A stretch of DNA of 64,000 nt, from positions 5,242 to 69,241 of the forward strand of contig JAOAIP010000019.1 of NCBI GenBank assembly GCA_026414605.1, given 5' to 3'. Shown here in pieces: positions 46,572-56,671 of the stretch. The stretch is from Bacteroidia bacterium. Lineage in GTDB: Bacteria > Bacteroidota > Bacteroidia > B-17B0 > Aurantibacillaceae. The translations under genes and the position numbers were made by a program. The first letter of the stretch is position 1. Each line of letters starts with the position of its first letter. A model generated the notes under the pieces. The model was not told where the DNA came from, did no database searches, and was given only the letters and a program-made list of their open reading frames with translations.

Positions 46572-47553
46572 ACATTTGGTATACATAGAAAAAAATATCT
46601 TGAATGATAATGCTACAAAGAGAGTATTAGATAAAATAAACCCACAAGAAATTGTTATCATTGATCATTACAAAGAAGTTTTAAATCAAACCAATAGTCA
46701 TTGGCATTTTAATAAAAAGTATCAAAAAATTATTTTAGCCAAGCGTGAAAGTGAATTTTATTACAAAGGTTCATTTCTTACATCATCTTTGGGATATCGG
46801 CATTTTTATTACAACACATTAGCCCTTAATTGTATTTTCCATTGTGAATATTGCTATTTGCAAGGAATGTATAACACACCGCATTTAGTTTTATTTTTGA
46901 ACAATCAAGATTTTATTAAAGCCACCAAAACATTGATTAAACAACACAATGATAAAATTTATTTAGCATTATCTTATGATACAGATTTATTGGCATTAGA
47001 GCATTATTATCCTTATTGTCAAGAATGGATTGACTTTGCACAAAAAGAAAAAAAACTGCAAATAGAAATTCGTACCAAATCGCATCAAGTAGATAGATTA
47101 AATCAAATAAAACCTACAGATAATGTGGTATTAAGTTTTACACTTTCACCCGAGAGTATTCAAGAACAATATGAACCACTTACGCCAAAATTAGATCAAA
47201 GAATAAATGCCGTTCAAAAAGCCATACAAAGGGGATTTAAAGTGATGTTGTGTTTTGATCCAATGATTTATGTTTCAGATTTTAAGCGTATTTACAAAGA
47301 TTTTTTTGATAAGGTGTTTTCAAAAATACAAGCCAATAGCATTGATTCTGTGTCTATTGGTGTTTTTAGAATGAATAATGATTTTTTGAAAAGAATTCGT
47401 AAAAATGGTAATCGCAGTGATTTGTATTTTTATACTTATGAAGTGAAAAACAGCATTGCTACTTATTCGGAGGATATTAAAAAAGAAATGCTTTTATTTG
47501 TCAGTGATGAATTAAAAAAGAGAAACATTTTTCGCATTCATATTTATGAATAA
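46564..47553 (+). CDS. spore-photoproduct-lyase-like (SPL family) radical SAM protein
   Basis: CIFHCEYCY gives a Cx3Cx2C cluster motif. Size and overall pattern resemble SPL-family proteins annotated in Bacteroidota. Confidence 0.5.
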   Translation: MYRHLVYIEKNILNDNATKRVLDKINPQEIVIIDHYKEVLNQTNSHWHFNKKYQKIILAKRESEFYYKGSFLTSSLGYRHFYYNTLALNCIFHCEYCYLQGMYNTPHLVLFLNNQDFIKATKTLIKQHNDKIYLALSYDTDLLALEHYYPYCQEWIDFAQKEKKLQIEIRTKSHQVDRLNQIKPTDNVVLSFTLSPESIQEQYEPLTPKLDQRINAVQKAIQRGFKVMLCFDPMIYVSDFKRIYKDFFDKVFSKIQANSIDSVSIGVFRMNNDFLKRIRKNGNRSDLYFYTYEVKNSIATYSEDIKKEMLLFVSDELKKRNIFRIHIYE

Positions 47554-48256
47554 AACTATTCTTATAACAGGACACAGCAAGGGCTTGGGCAGATCTATTA
47601 CAGAAATTTTATTAGCGACCAATCGGTTTAATATCATTGGTATTTCAAGATCTTTTTCAGGAATTAATCATCCTTTGTTGTCTGAAATAAGTGCAGATTT
47701 ATCAAATGAAAATCAAGTAATGTCATTACAAGAAAAAATTAAAGCAATTGATTTTGATGTGATTATTCTCAATGCAGGATCTAATTCTATCAAGCCACCA
47801 GAAGGATATTCATTGCAAGAAATACAAGAAATTATACAACTTAATTTTACTTCAAATGCTTTATTGATTAGAATGTGCTTGAATGGATTGTTGCGTAAAA
47901 AGGGGCATATTATTGGAATTGGTAGTTATTCAGGATTGGAAATTAAAAAGTGGAATAATTTTTATGGATCGGCTAAAAGCGGCTTGCATCATTTATTACA
48001 CAACTTATTTGAACAATACAGAAAGCAAGGATTAAAAGTGAGTATTGTGATTCCAGATATTATCAATACGGAGTTTTACAAGCATCAAGAATACGAGCCA
48101 CTGGATGATACACAATATTCATTGTCTTCAGAAGAGGTGGCAAATGTTATTGCCCAATGGATTATTCATCCACCAAATTATGTTCCATTAGAAATTATTC
48201 TTCGCCCACAAATGTTTCAATTAAAAAGAAAAGATAATTGGAGAAAACAAGAGTAA
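47546..48256 (+). CDS. short-chain dehydrogenase/reductase (SDR) family oxidoreductase
   Basis: ILITGHSKGLGRSI (TGxxxGxG-like), NAG, and S...YGSAK (YxxxK) catalytic motifs. Confidence 0.8.
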   Translation: MNKTILITGHSKGLGRSITEILLATNRFNIIGISRSFSGINHPLLSEISADLSNENQVMSLQEKIKAIDFDVIILNAGSNSIKPPEGYSLQEIQEIIQLNFTSNALLIRMCLNGLLRKKGHIIGIGSYSGLEIKKWNNFYGSAKSGLHHLLHNLFEQYRKQGLKVSIVIPDIINTEFYKHQEYEPLDDTQYSLSSEEVANVIAQWIIHPPNYVPLEIILRPQMFQLKRKDNWRKQE

Positions 48257-48341
48257 AAGTTATATTGAAAAATCTTGTTGTGGTGAAAAAATAAAAATCT
48301 TTAAATCAAAAAATTCACGAATTTTGCCAAAAAAATAAACA

Positions 48342-49655
48342 TTGAGAACAAAATCATGTCATAAGAGAAAAGTAAACGTTATAACATTAGGATGCAGTAA
48401 AAACCTTGTAGATAGCGAGCAATTAATGGGTGAATTAGCCCATTTGGGGTTTGATGTTTATCACGAAAATGAAGACGATGATCAAGATATTGTGATTATT
48501 AATACTTGTGGGTTTATTGAAAGTGCCAAAGAAGAAAGCATTCAAATGATTCTTCAATTTTCAGAAGCCAAAAAGAAAGGATTGGTTGAAAAATTATATG
48601 TAACGGGTTGTTTGAGTGAAAGGTATAAAAACGAATTACAACAAGAATTACCTGAAGTAGATGCTTTTTTTGGAACAAAAGATTTACCAAGAATTATCAA
48701 ACATCTCAAAACAGATTTTAAGAAAGAATTGACAGGCGAACGTTTACTGACTACACCGACACATTATGCGTACTTAAAAATCAGTGAAGGGTGTGATCGT
48801 CCTTGTAGTTTTTGTGCTATTCCATTGATGCGTGGATCACACGTGTCTGTGCCTATTGAAACATTAGTAGATCAAGCCCAGAAATTAGCAGATAAAGGGG
48901 TAAAAGAATTATTGTTAATAGCACAGGACTTAACCTATTATGGTTTGGATTTGTATAAAAAAAGAGAACTTGCAAAATTATTAGAAGAATTAAGCAAAAT
49001 CAACGGAATAGAATGGATACGATTGCATTATCTTTTTCCTTCGGGTTTTCCTGAAGATGTGTTGTATGTAGTGCGCGATAATCCCAAAATATGCAATTAT
49101 CTGGATATGCCTATTCAACACATTAATACAGAAGTGTTGAAAAATATGAAAAGAGGCATTACCAAAGAAAAAACAACAGAGTTGATTTTAAAGATACGAT
49201 CTATTATTCCGAATGTTGCATTGCGAACAAGTATTATGGTGGGATTTCCAGGAGAAACAGAACAGCAGTTTCAAGAATTATTAGATTGGCTAAAAGAAAT
49301 AAAATTTGATAGATTAGGTGTATTTACTTATTCGCACGAAGAAAACACTTCGGCGTATGCCTTAAAAGACAACGTTCCTTCAAAAGTAAAAAAACAAAGA
49401 GCCGATTTGGTAATGTTACAACAACAACAAATTTCTTTTGAATTAAATCAACAAAAAATTGGAAAGATATTTAAAACTATTATTGATAGAAAAGAAGGTG
49501 GCTATTGGATAGGTCGCACCGAATATGATAGTCCGGATATTGATAACGAAGTGATCATTAAAGATGAAAACACAAATTTAAAAATTGGAGAATTTTACAA
49601 TGTGAAAATTTTTGATGCTGAAGAATTTGATTTATATGGAACCATTGAAAATTAA
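48342..49655 (+). CDS. rimO: ribosomal protein S12 methylthiotransferase RimO
   Basis: VNVITLGCSKNLVDSE (UPF0004 domain), CDRPCSFCAIP radical SAM motif and a C-terminal TRAM domain. Apparent TTG start. Confidence 0.9.
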   Translation: MRTKSCHKRKVNVITLGCSKNLVDSEQLMGELAHLGFDVYHENEDDDQDIVIINTCGFIESAKEESIQMILQFSEAKKKGLVEKLYVTGCLSERYKNELQQELPEVDAFFGTKDLPRIIKHLKTDFKKELTGERLLTTPTHYAYLKISEGCDRPCSFCAIPLMRGSHVSVPIETLVDQAQKLADKGVKELLLIAQDLTYYGLDLYKKRELAKLLEELSKINGIEWIRLHYLFPSGFPEDVLYVVRDNPKICNYLDMPIQHINTEVLKNMKRGITKEKTTELILKIRSIIPNVALRTSIMVGFPGETEQQFQELLDWLKEIKFDRLGVFTYSHEENTSAYALKDNVPSKVKKQRADLVMLQQQQISFELNQQKIGKIFKTIIDRKEGGYWIGRTEYDSPDIDNEVIIKDENTNLKIGEFYNVKIFDAEEFDLYGTIEN

Positions 49656-49659
49656 AAGT

Positions 49660-50232
49660 ATGACACAAAAACCATTATCAGATATTGAAAAATACGACTA
49701 CATAGTATCTATTTGTAGAAACATCTTTGAAAAGAAGATGAAAGATTATGGAACATCTTGGAGACATCTTCGCCCGTCTTCTCTAACCGATCAGATATTT
49801 ATCAAAGCAAAAAGATTAAAAACACTGGATACTATAAAAGAGCAAAAAATCAGTGATAAGCCCGAAGATGAATGGATTGGTATTATTAATTATTGCATTA
49901 TTGCATTGATACAATTAGAGTTGGTCAATGACGAACGAATTGATCTATATGCCGAAGAAGTAATGAATCTTTATGATCAAAAAGTGCAGGTAGTAAAAAA
50001 TTTAATGTTGAAAAAAAATCACGATTATGGTGATGCTTGGAAGGATATGCGAATAAGTTCATTAATTGATTTGGTTTTAGTTAAATTACATCGCATTAAA
50101 CAAATAGAGGACAATCAGGGAAAAACATTGATTTCAGAAGGGGTAGAAGCCAATTATATGGATATTATTAATTATAGTATTTTTGCTTTAATCAAAATAA
50201 AATTTCCTGAAGAGTATAAATCATCGTTTTAA
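49660..50232 (+). CDS. DUF1599 (nucleotide modification associated domain 1) protein, two repeats
   Basis: KDYGTSWRHLRPSSLTDQIFIKAKRLKTL and HDYGDAWKDMRISSLIDLVLVKLHRIKQI are two DUF1599 repeats. Start at ATG 49660 (MTQKP). Confidence 0.7.
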   Translation: MTQKPLSDIEKYDYIVSICRNIFEKKMKDYGTSWRHLRPSSLTDQIFIKAKRLKTLDTIKEQKISDKPEDEWIGIINYCIIALIQLELVNDERIDLYAEEVMNLYDQKVQVVKNLMLKKNHDYGDAWKDMRISSLIDLVLVKLHRIKQIEDNQGKTLISEGVEANYMDIINYSIFALIKIKFPEEYKSSF

Positions 50233-51206
50233 TGAAAGATGTTGAGGGTTATCAAAGCAATTTAACTACTCGTCATAAATTTTCAGTAAGTAAAATTGTT
50301 GTATGGGGTGTGGGTGTTTTAGCGTTGTGTATTTTAATTTATCGCATTCATAAGTCCTTGTCCAATCAGCAAATTCAGGAATCATTAAAAATTATTAATG
50401 ATAAAACGCAATGGCTTTATTTTGTTTTAGCATTTTTGTTGATGCCTGTCAATTGGTTGATTGAGACATGGAAGTGGTATAAAGTAAGTCGTCAAGTAGA
50501 ATCTGTATCGTTCAAAAAAGCCCTATTTTCGTTATTAGTAGGAATGGCTTATGGACATTTGTTACCTGGCAGAAGTAGTGAGTTTTTGGGCAAAATTTTA
50601 TTTTTCTCTGAAAAGAATAAGGCCAATATATCTGTACTACACTTTGTGAATGCAGCATTTCAAATGTATATCACGTTACTTGTTGCATTGTTATTTATTG
50701 TTCTTAATATCTTTTTTTCACACAACGCTAACACATCTTCATTGTATCTTATTTCGTTTCTTTCTTTTTTGTTTTTCATTGCTTTTACACTGCTTATTGT
50801 TTATGCAGATAAATTACATTTTTTAAAAAAATTTTTGCCCGCTTTAAATTATGAATTACCAATCATCTTAAAACTTGAACTTTTGTTTTGGTCAATGGTT
50901 CGTTATATAGTATTTGTGCTTCAATTTTATTGGATATTTAAGATTTTTTCACCACATCAGTTGTTCAATTATGCCTTTGTATCCAGTTTGTCTTTGTATT
51001 ATTTACTTACATCTTTAATTCCAATGATTAGTATTATTGAGGTGGCTGTAAGGTCTTTAATTGCAATAATGGTTTTTCAAAACACAAATACAAACGATGT
51101 TCAATTGACAATTATTACCACTTTGATATGGCTGATAAATCTTGTCATTCCGAGTATTATTGGTTTTGTGATATGGCTTCAAATGTTTAAATGGAAAGAA
51201 AAATGA
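50232..51206 (+). CDS. flippase-like / lysylphosphatidylglycerol-synthase-TM-domain membrane protein
   Basis: 8 or more TM helices. WKWYKV...LLPGRSSEFLGKI resembles PF03706-type proteins. TAATG overlap upstream. Overlaps the next GT2 gene. Confidence 0.5.
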   Translation: MKDVEGYQSNLTTRHKFSVSKIVVWGVGVLALCILIYRIHKSLSNQQIQESLKIINDKTQWLYFVLAFLLMPVNWLIETWKWYKVSRQVESVSFKKALFSLLVGMAYGHLLPGRSSEFLGKILFFSEKNKANISVLHFVNAAFQMYITLLVALLFIVLNIFFSHNANTSSLYLISFLSFLFFIAFTLLIVYADKLHFLKKFLPALNYELPIILKLELLFWSMVRYIVFVLQFYWIFKIFSPHQLFNYAFVSSLSLYYLLTSLIPMISIIEVAVRSLIAIMVFQNTNTNDVQLTIITTLIWLINLVIPSIIGFVIWLQMFKWKEK

Positions 51207-52291
51207 TGTGGTTGTGGTTGATTCCGATAATGATTTATGTGGGATATTGGTGGCTGATGGATAGATATTTTCATTCTAATGAAAGTTTAGGTGTATTTAG
51301 TGATAATGAATTTTTTAAATGTTCTATTGTAATTTGTGTATTTAATGAAGAAAGAAATATTGAGAAGTGTTTGAATAGTATTTTACTACAAAAAGAGATT
51401 CAAAATGTTGTTGAAATTATTGTCATAGATGATGGTTCGCAGGATTTTACTTATGAAAAAGCAAAATCAATACTTGAAAAAAGCAAATTACCTTTTCAAT
51501 TGATTAAAAACGATGTGAGATTAGGGAAAAAAAGAAGTATTGAAAAAGCCCTTCAATTGTCTTGTTCTGAAAGCGATTGGGTGATATTAAGAGATGCCGA
51601 TACATACACTCTTTCAGATGAATGGTGGATAGAATTACAAAAAAGTTTGAAAGAAACCACTGACCTTGTGATAGCCCCTGTTATTACAGAATATCATAAA
51701 GGTAATTGGATTTCTTATTTACAATACTTTGAAGGATTAGCCCTGATGCACTTGACGTATGCGAGTGCAAAGATGCATAAGCCGATATTAGGGAGTGCGG
51801 CTAATTTAGTATTTAAGAAAAAAAGATTTTTAGAACTTCAGCCCTATAAGGACAATATCCACCTTAATACAGGAGATGATATTTTTTTAATTCAAAAAGT
51901 AAAAAAAGCAAAGGGTAAAATTACAGCCCATTTTCATCCGAATGCTGTGGTGTATACTTACGCCCCCTGTAGTGTAAAAGCATTGATACAACAAAAATCA
52001 AGGTGGTTATCAAAAACACAATATGTGAAGGATTCATTTAATTCCTTATCTGCACTAATCATAGGAGGCACTAATATTTTCTTTATTCCTATGTTTTTGT
52101 GTTCTTTTAAGATGGCTTTGATAAGTTTGATTTTGAAGACATTGATAGATTTTAAAATACTGATTTCTGTTCAAAAAAAATTAAATTTAAAGCCATTTTC
52201 GTATGTTTATTTTTTCATTGGAGAATTGGTGTATATTCTTTATGTTTGTGCTTTAATTTTTAAATTTTTATTTTCAATACAAAGAAAATGA
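51191..52291 (+). CDS. family 2 glycosyltransferase with C-terminal TM segments
   Basis: CSIVICVFNEERNIEKCLNSIL, VIDDGSQDFT, LRDADT (DxD) and QQKSRW (QxxRW-like) motifs. Confidence 0.8.
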   Translation: MERKMMWLWLIPIMIYVGYWWLMDRYFHSNESLGVFSDNEFFKCSIVICVFNEERNIEKCLNSILLQKEIQNVVEIIVIDDGSQDFTYEKAKSILEKSKLPFQLIKNDVRLGKKRSIEKALQLSCSESDWVILRDADTYTLSDEWWIELQKSLKETTDLVIAPVITEYHKGNWISYLQYFEGLALMHLTYASAKMHKPILGSAANLVFKKKRFLELQPYKDNIHLNTGDDIFLIQKVKKAKGKITAHFHPNAVVYTYAPCSVKALIQQKSRWLSKTQYVKDSFNSLSALIIGGTNIFFIPMFLCSFKMALISLILKTLIDFKILISVQKKLNLKPFSYVYFFIGELVYILYVCALIFKFLFSIQRK

Positions 52292-53613
52292 CAGAAGAAC
52301 TAACGCCAACAGAAAAATCTTCTATTCCAAAGAAACCTAAAAATAGGATGTTTTCGTTTTTTTCTAAAGAAAAAATATCTGAAAAACGCTTCTTGTTATT
52401 AAGCGATATTGAATGGAAAAGATTTAAGAGAAATCCTTTGTCTGTAATAGGATTGGCTATTATATTTTTTGCAACCATTATTTCCATTTTGGGATATACT
52501 ATAACTCCGGACTCTACGCCGTATGCCAATGACCAAAAACCTGAATTGCATACAAAGCCACCTGGATTTACAATACGAATGCTAAAAGTGAAAAAAAATG
52601 ACCATATACCACACACGAATTTTTTTGAAAAGATGTTGTTTGGTGAGCCATTAGACCACACAACTTATCCTATTTACTATTACTTTTTTCACGATCAATA
52701 TGTAACCATAGAGGGATATACAGGAAGTATTCCAAACAAAGGTGTAAAAGTTTCTTTTAATATAGCAGATGTCTTGTATTCTTTGGATACGAAAATGCCT
52801 ATAAAGTTTGATAAAGAGAATGGCTTATTGACTTTTTATACTATTGATGGTATTAAAGTTCAAGAGAGTATTTTATCATTAAGAAAAAAAGTTCAGCAAG
52901 AAGCCATTATCAAGAGAACCTATTGGTTGGGTACAGATGTAGCAGGAAGAGATATGTTGAGTCGGTTAATGATAGGCACTCGTATTTCTTTGAGTGTGGG
53001 CTTTGTATCTGTGATTATATCGGTGCTTATAGGGATATTGTTAGGATCGGTAGCGGGTTATTTTAGAGGTAGAACAGATGATATTATTATGTGGATAATC
53101 AATGTAGTGTGGTCTATTCCAACTTTGTTATTAGTGATTGCTATTACATTGGTTTTAGGAAAAGGTATAGTGCAGGTGTTTATTGCAGTAGGTCTTACAA
53201 TGTGGGTAGATGTGGCTCGTGTAGTTCGTGGGCAAGTGTTGTCCTTACGAGAAAAGGATTTTATAGAAGCATCTCGTGCTTTGGGTTTTACAAATTATCG
53301 CATTATCAGTAGACATATTTTGCCTAACATCATTGGACCTGTGATTGTCATTGCCGCATCTAATTTTGCAACAGCCATTCTTACAGAAGCAGGGTTGAGT
53401 TTTTTGGGAATAGGAGCACAGCCACCTACACCATCTTGGGGAGAAATGATTAATACACACAGAGGATATATTTTGGTAGATAAAGCATATTTGGCGTTTA
53501 TTCCGGGTATTGCTATTATGATATTGGTGTTTGCTTTTATGTTGGTAGGAAATGGATTAAGAGACGCTCTTGATGCACGTCTTGGAGATGAAGCCCCACC
53601 TATTATGCAATAA
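52288..53613 (+). CDS. ABC transporter permease, OppC/DppC type, with a long N-terminal extension
   Basis: C-terminal BPD_transp_1 region with the EAA-like motif IEASRALGFTNYRIISRHILPN. The N-terminal roughly 200 aa are atypical. No partner ABC genes lie nearby. Confidence 0.8.
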   Translation: MTEELTPTEKSSIPKKPKNRMFSFFSKEKISEKRFLLLSDIEWKRFKRNPLSVIGLAIIFFATIISILGYTITPDSTPYANDQKPELHTKPPGFTIRMLKVKKNDHIPHTNFFEKMLFGEPLDHTTYPIYYYFFHDQYVTIEGYTGSIPNKGVKVSFNIADVLYSLDTKMPIKFDKENGLLTFYTIDGIKVQESILSLRKKVQQEAIIKRTYWLGTDVAGRDMLSRLMIGTRISLSVGFVSVIISVLIGILLGSVAGYFRGRTDDIIMWIINVVWSIPTLLLVIAITLVLGKGIVQVFIAVGLTMWVDVARVVRGQVLSLREKDFIEASRALGFTNYRIISRHILPNIIGPVIVIAASNFATAILTEAGLSFLGIGAQPPTPSWGEMINTHRGYILVDKAYLAFIPGIAIMILVFAFMLVGNGLRDALDARLGDEAPPIMQ

Positions 53614-53624
53614 TTTCAAAACAA

Positions 53625-54302
53625 ATGAAAAGTGAATTTACCATAACAGAAGAAAATTACATTAAAGCCATTTATGTATTATCATACGAGATTAAGTCCA
53701 ATAATAAATTGGGCACAAAAGATATTGCTACAGTTTTGAAAGTTCAACCGGCTACGGTTACCGATATGCTTAAAAAACTTAAGAAGAAAAAAATTATTAA
53801 CTACAAAAAATATGGTGAAATACAATTGACAAATACAGGGATATTGTATGCCAAACAATTATTAAGAAAACATCGTTTGTGGGAAACCTTTTTGTATGAA
53901 AAATTACATTTTAATTGGGATGAAATTCATGAAATAGCAGAACAATTAGAACATATCCAATCCGATGCACTTATTGACCGATTAGAAAAATTTTTGCAAT
54001 ACCCACAATACGACCCCCACGGAGAGCCCATTCCAGATGCTTCGGGTAAAATACCTACACTTCCAAACACTGTGCTTTCTCAAATTAAAAATAAAAAATG
54101 GTATTCAGTAATTGCTGTTAAAGACACATCACCAGAATTTTTAAAGTACTTACAGCAAATATCTATTCAAATAGGAACAAAACTAAAATTAATTGAAAAA
54201 ATACCTTTTGAAAATTCTATTAAAATTGCTTTTTCTAATAATAAACAAATAATTGTTTCAGGAAAAATTGCTGACAACATATTGGTTACTGAAATGAAAT
54301 AA
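53625..54302 (+). CDS. DtxR/MntR-family metal-dependent transcriptional regulator
   Basis: EENYIKAIY, winged-helix region, HRLWETFL, EQLEH and a C-terminal FeoA/SH3-like domain. Confidence 0.85.
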   Translation: MKSEFTITEENYIKAIYVLSYEIKSNNKLGTKDIATVLKVQPATVTDMLKKLKKKKIINYKKYGEIQLTNTGILYAKQLLRKHRLWETFLYEKLHFNWDEIHEIAEQLEHIQSDALIDRLEKFLQYPQYDPHGEPIPDASGKIPTLPNTVLSQIKNKKWYSVIAVKDTSPEFLKYLQQISIQIGTKLKLIEKIPFENSIKIAFSNNKQIIVSGKIADNILVTEMK

Positions 54303-54343
54303 TTACCGATGAATTATTATCTAATCAAATTAAAACACGAGTT

Positions 54344-55777
54344 ATGACAAATAATGAAGATGATTTTTTTGAATTTGAAGAAGAGGAAGACAAAGAATTC
54401 AACGAACTTTTGTCTCGCTTTGAAAATTGTGTTAATTCGGGAGAATATCAATTTTTTGATTCGGATGAAATTTTAGAATTAGTGGATTATTATTCAGGAT
54501 GGATGGATAGAGAAATGGCACAAAAAGCCATTGAATTAGGTTTAAAATTTTATCCTCATTCACCCGAACTTTTACTTAAAAAAGCAAAACTGTTAGCAGA
54601 TCAAAATTATACTTTAGAAGCATTAAAATTATTACACAGTATAGAATCACAAATGGTCAATGATCCCGATTTTTATATTACCAAAGGGGACATTTATTCT
54701 CAAATGGGATTGTCTGATCAAGCTATAAAAGAGTATAAAAAATTATTAGCATTAGATTATCCCAATAAATCTCTGGTGTATAATATCATTGGATCAGAAT
54801 ATCTAATGCAAAACAAATACGAAGATGCTATTTATTACTTAAAAAAATCAGTGGAATACGAAATAGAAAACAATCCTGCACTTTACAAAATTTATTTTTG
54901 TTATTCCGAATTGAATCAATTAGAGGAAGCCATAAAGTATTATCAAAAAATTATTGATGAAGATCCTTTTAACGCAGACGCTTGGTTGTATATGTCTTTT
55001 TGTTATTACGACTTAAAACAATACGAAGAAGCCCTTGAAAGTATTAATTTTGCCTTTGCAATAAATCCTTCGGACTTGCTTATTGTCCTCAAAAAATCAG
55101 ATATTTTGAAAGAATTAAATAGATATTCAGAAGCCATAGAGTTATTGACAGATACTGTAAAAAAAGATCCTCAAAATACTTATATGCTCAATGTTCTTGC
55201 GGAAACACTCTTAGAAACATCTGATTATGAAAAAGCCGCCTATTATTTTCATAAAGTATTACACATTCATCCTAAAGATAGCAGATCGTGGTTAGGATTA
55301 GCAAAGGCCTATATTCATTTATCTCAAGATAGCGAAGCCATTGCTTGCATTCAACAAGCCGTTACAAACTCTGAAAATGACCCCGAAGTAGAATTAAAAG
55401 CAGGCAAACTTTATGTTTTGATGGAATATTATGAAAACGCTCAACAGGTGCTAAAAAATTTATTAAATAAAGGATATGACAAAACAGAAGTAATAGTATG
55501 GTTATGTATAGCCCTTGAAAAATCAGGATATGCCGTAGAAGCATTTGACTTGGTAATAGAACAGTTAGAAGTAAAGCAAAACAAAGATGTAGAATTAGAA
55601 TATTGTGTAGCAGGATTGTTATTACTTTATCAATACCGCCAACAAGGATTACAAATGTTAGAAAAAGCCCTTCAAAAAGACGCTTCAAAACACCAAATAA
55701 TTTACGAATTTAGCCCTTTTTTTGAAGAAGATTTAGAAATTCAAGCACTCATTGAACACTACGATAATGAAAAATAA
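54344..55777 (+). CDS. tetratricopeptide repeat protein
   Basis: 477 aa of successive 34-residue A/Y/L-patterned repeats after an acidic N-terminus. Confidence 0.7.
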   Translation: MTNNEDDFFEFEEEEDKEFNELLSRFENCVNSGEYQFFDSDEILELVDYYSGWMDREMAQKAIELGLKFYPHSPELLLKKAKLLADQNYTLEALKLLHSIESQMVNDPDFYITKGDIYSQMGLSDQAIKEYKKLLALDYPNKSLVYNIIGSEYLMQNKYEDAIYYLKKSVEYEIENNPALYKIYFCYSELNQLEEAIKYYQKIIDEDPFNADAWLYMSFCYYDLKQYEEALESINFAFAINPSDLLIVLKKSDILKELNRYSEAIELLTDTVKKDPQNTYMLNVLAETLLETSDYEKAAYYFHKVLHIHPKDSRSWLGLAKAYIHLSQDSEAIACIQQAVTNSENDPEVELKAGKLYVLMEYYENAQQVLKNLLNKGYDKTEVIVWLCIALEKSGYAVEAFDLVIEQLEVKQNKDVELEYCVAGLLLLYQYRQQGLQMLEKALQKDASKHQIIYEFSPFFEEDLEIQALIEHYDNEK

Positions 55778-55797
55778 GCAACATAAATATAAAAAAT

Positions 55798-56616
55798 ATG
55801 ATTACTAAAAACGAAATAAAAACTTATAAAACAATTTTGAAAAACCTTCCTGAAAGACCCGCCAAACCAAGAGATATTGGGCTTACAATGGTAATTGATA
55901 AAGGATTAGGAATCAATGCCGCCCAAGATATTGTAGACACGGCTGCAGAACACATTGACTTTATCAAAATCGGCTTTGGAACATCTTTAGTAACAGGGCA
56001 TTTGAAAGAAAAAATAAAAATTTATCAAGAAGCAGGCATTGAAGTTTATTTGGGAGGAACTTTATTAGAAGCATTTCTTGTACGAAATCAATTAGATGAT
56101 TATTTAAGATTAGTAGATGATTTGAATTTGCATTGTATAGAAGTATCAGATGGAAGTATTGTAATGCCACACGAAGACAAGTGCGAATTGATTCAATATC
56201 TTGCTAAAAACTTTAAAGTGGTATCCGAAGTAGGTTCAAAAGAAGAAGGCATTATTATTCATCCTAATAGATGGATTAAGATGATGAAAGCCGAACTACA
56301 AGCAGGTTCGTACAAAGTAATTGCCGAAGCCCGTGAAAGTGGTACAGTAGGTATTTTTCATAAAAACGGATCTGCACATGTTTTGCTTATTGATAAAATC
56401 AAAGCAAATGTAGATATCAACAACATTATATGGGAAACACCACAAAAAAATCAACAAGTGTATTTTATTAAACACTTTGGTGCCAATGTCAATCTTGGGA
56501 ATATCCCCACCTCTGATATTATTGCATTAGAATGTTTAAGATTAGGTTTAAGAGGCGATACTTTTTTTACTTTTATCCCTGATAAAAACAAAGAAGTAAG
56601 ATTTAAAAAAAATTAA
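55798..56616 (+). CDS. phosphosulfolactate synthase (ComA) family protein
   Basis: LPERPAKPRDIGLTMVIDKGLG, DFIKIGFGTS and IEVSDG resemble the ComA TIM-barrel family (PF02679). Confidence 0.65.
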   Translation: MITKNEIKTYKTILKNLPERPAKPRDIGLTMVIDKGLGINAAQDIVDTAAEHIDFIKIGFGTSLVTGHLKEKIKIYQEAGIEVYLGGTLLEAFLVRNQLDDYLRLVDDLNLHCIEVSDGSIVMPHEDKCELIQYLAKNFKVVSEVGSKEEGIIIHPNRWIKMMKAELQAGSYKVIAEARESGTVGIFHKNGSAHVLLIDKIKANVDINNIIWETPQKNQQVYFIKHFGANVNLGNIPTSDIIALECLRLGLRGDTFFTFIPDKNKEVRFKKN

Positions 56617-56644
56617 ATAATTCACCTATTTAATTATCTCTATT

Positions 56645-56652
56645 TATCTTTG
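56645..56652 (+). promoter_or_regulatory. -7 promoter box TATCTTTG
   Basis: TAnnTTTG match 20 nt upstream of ATG 56672. Confidence 0.45.
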
Positions 56653-56671
56653 CAAAAAATAAAAACTACCT

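Noticed and set aside
52260-52661. 133-aa minus-strand ORF
   Set aside because: It is antisense to the junction of the GT2 gene and the ABC permease gene, both of which have clear family motifs. Its sequence is low-complexity.
55362-55688. 108-aa minus-strand ORF; likewise 32087-32455 (+), 30650-30958 (-), 37680-37889 (-) and the other short antisense ORFs in the track
   Set aside because: All lie inside longer ORFs with clear domain signatures on the other strand or in another frame. They show the skewed composition expected of antisense reading frames.
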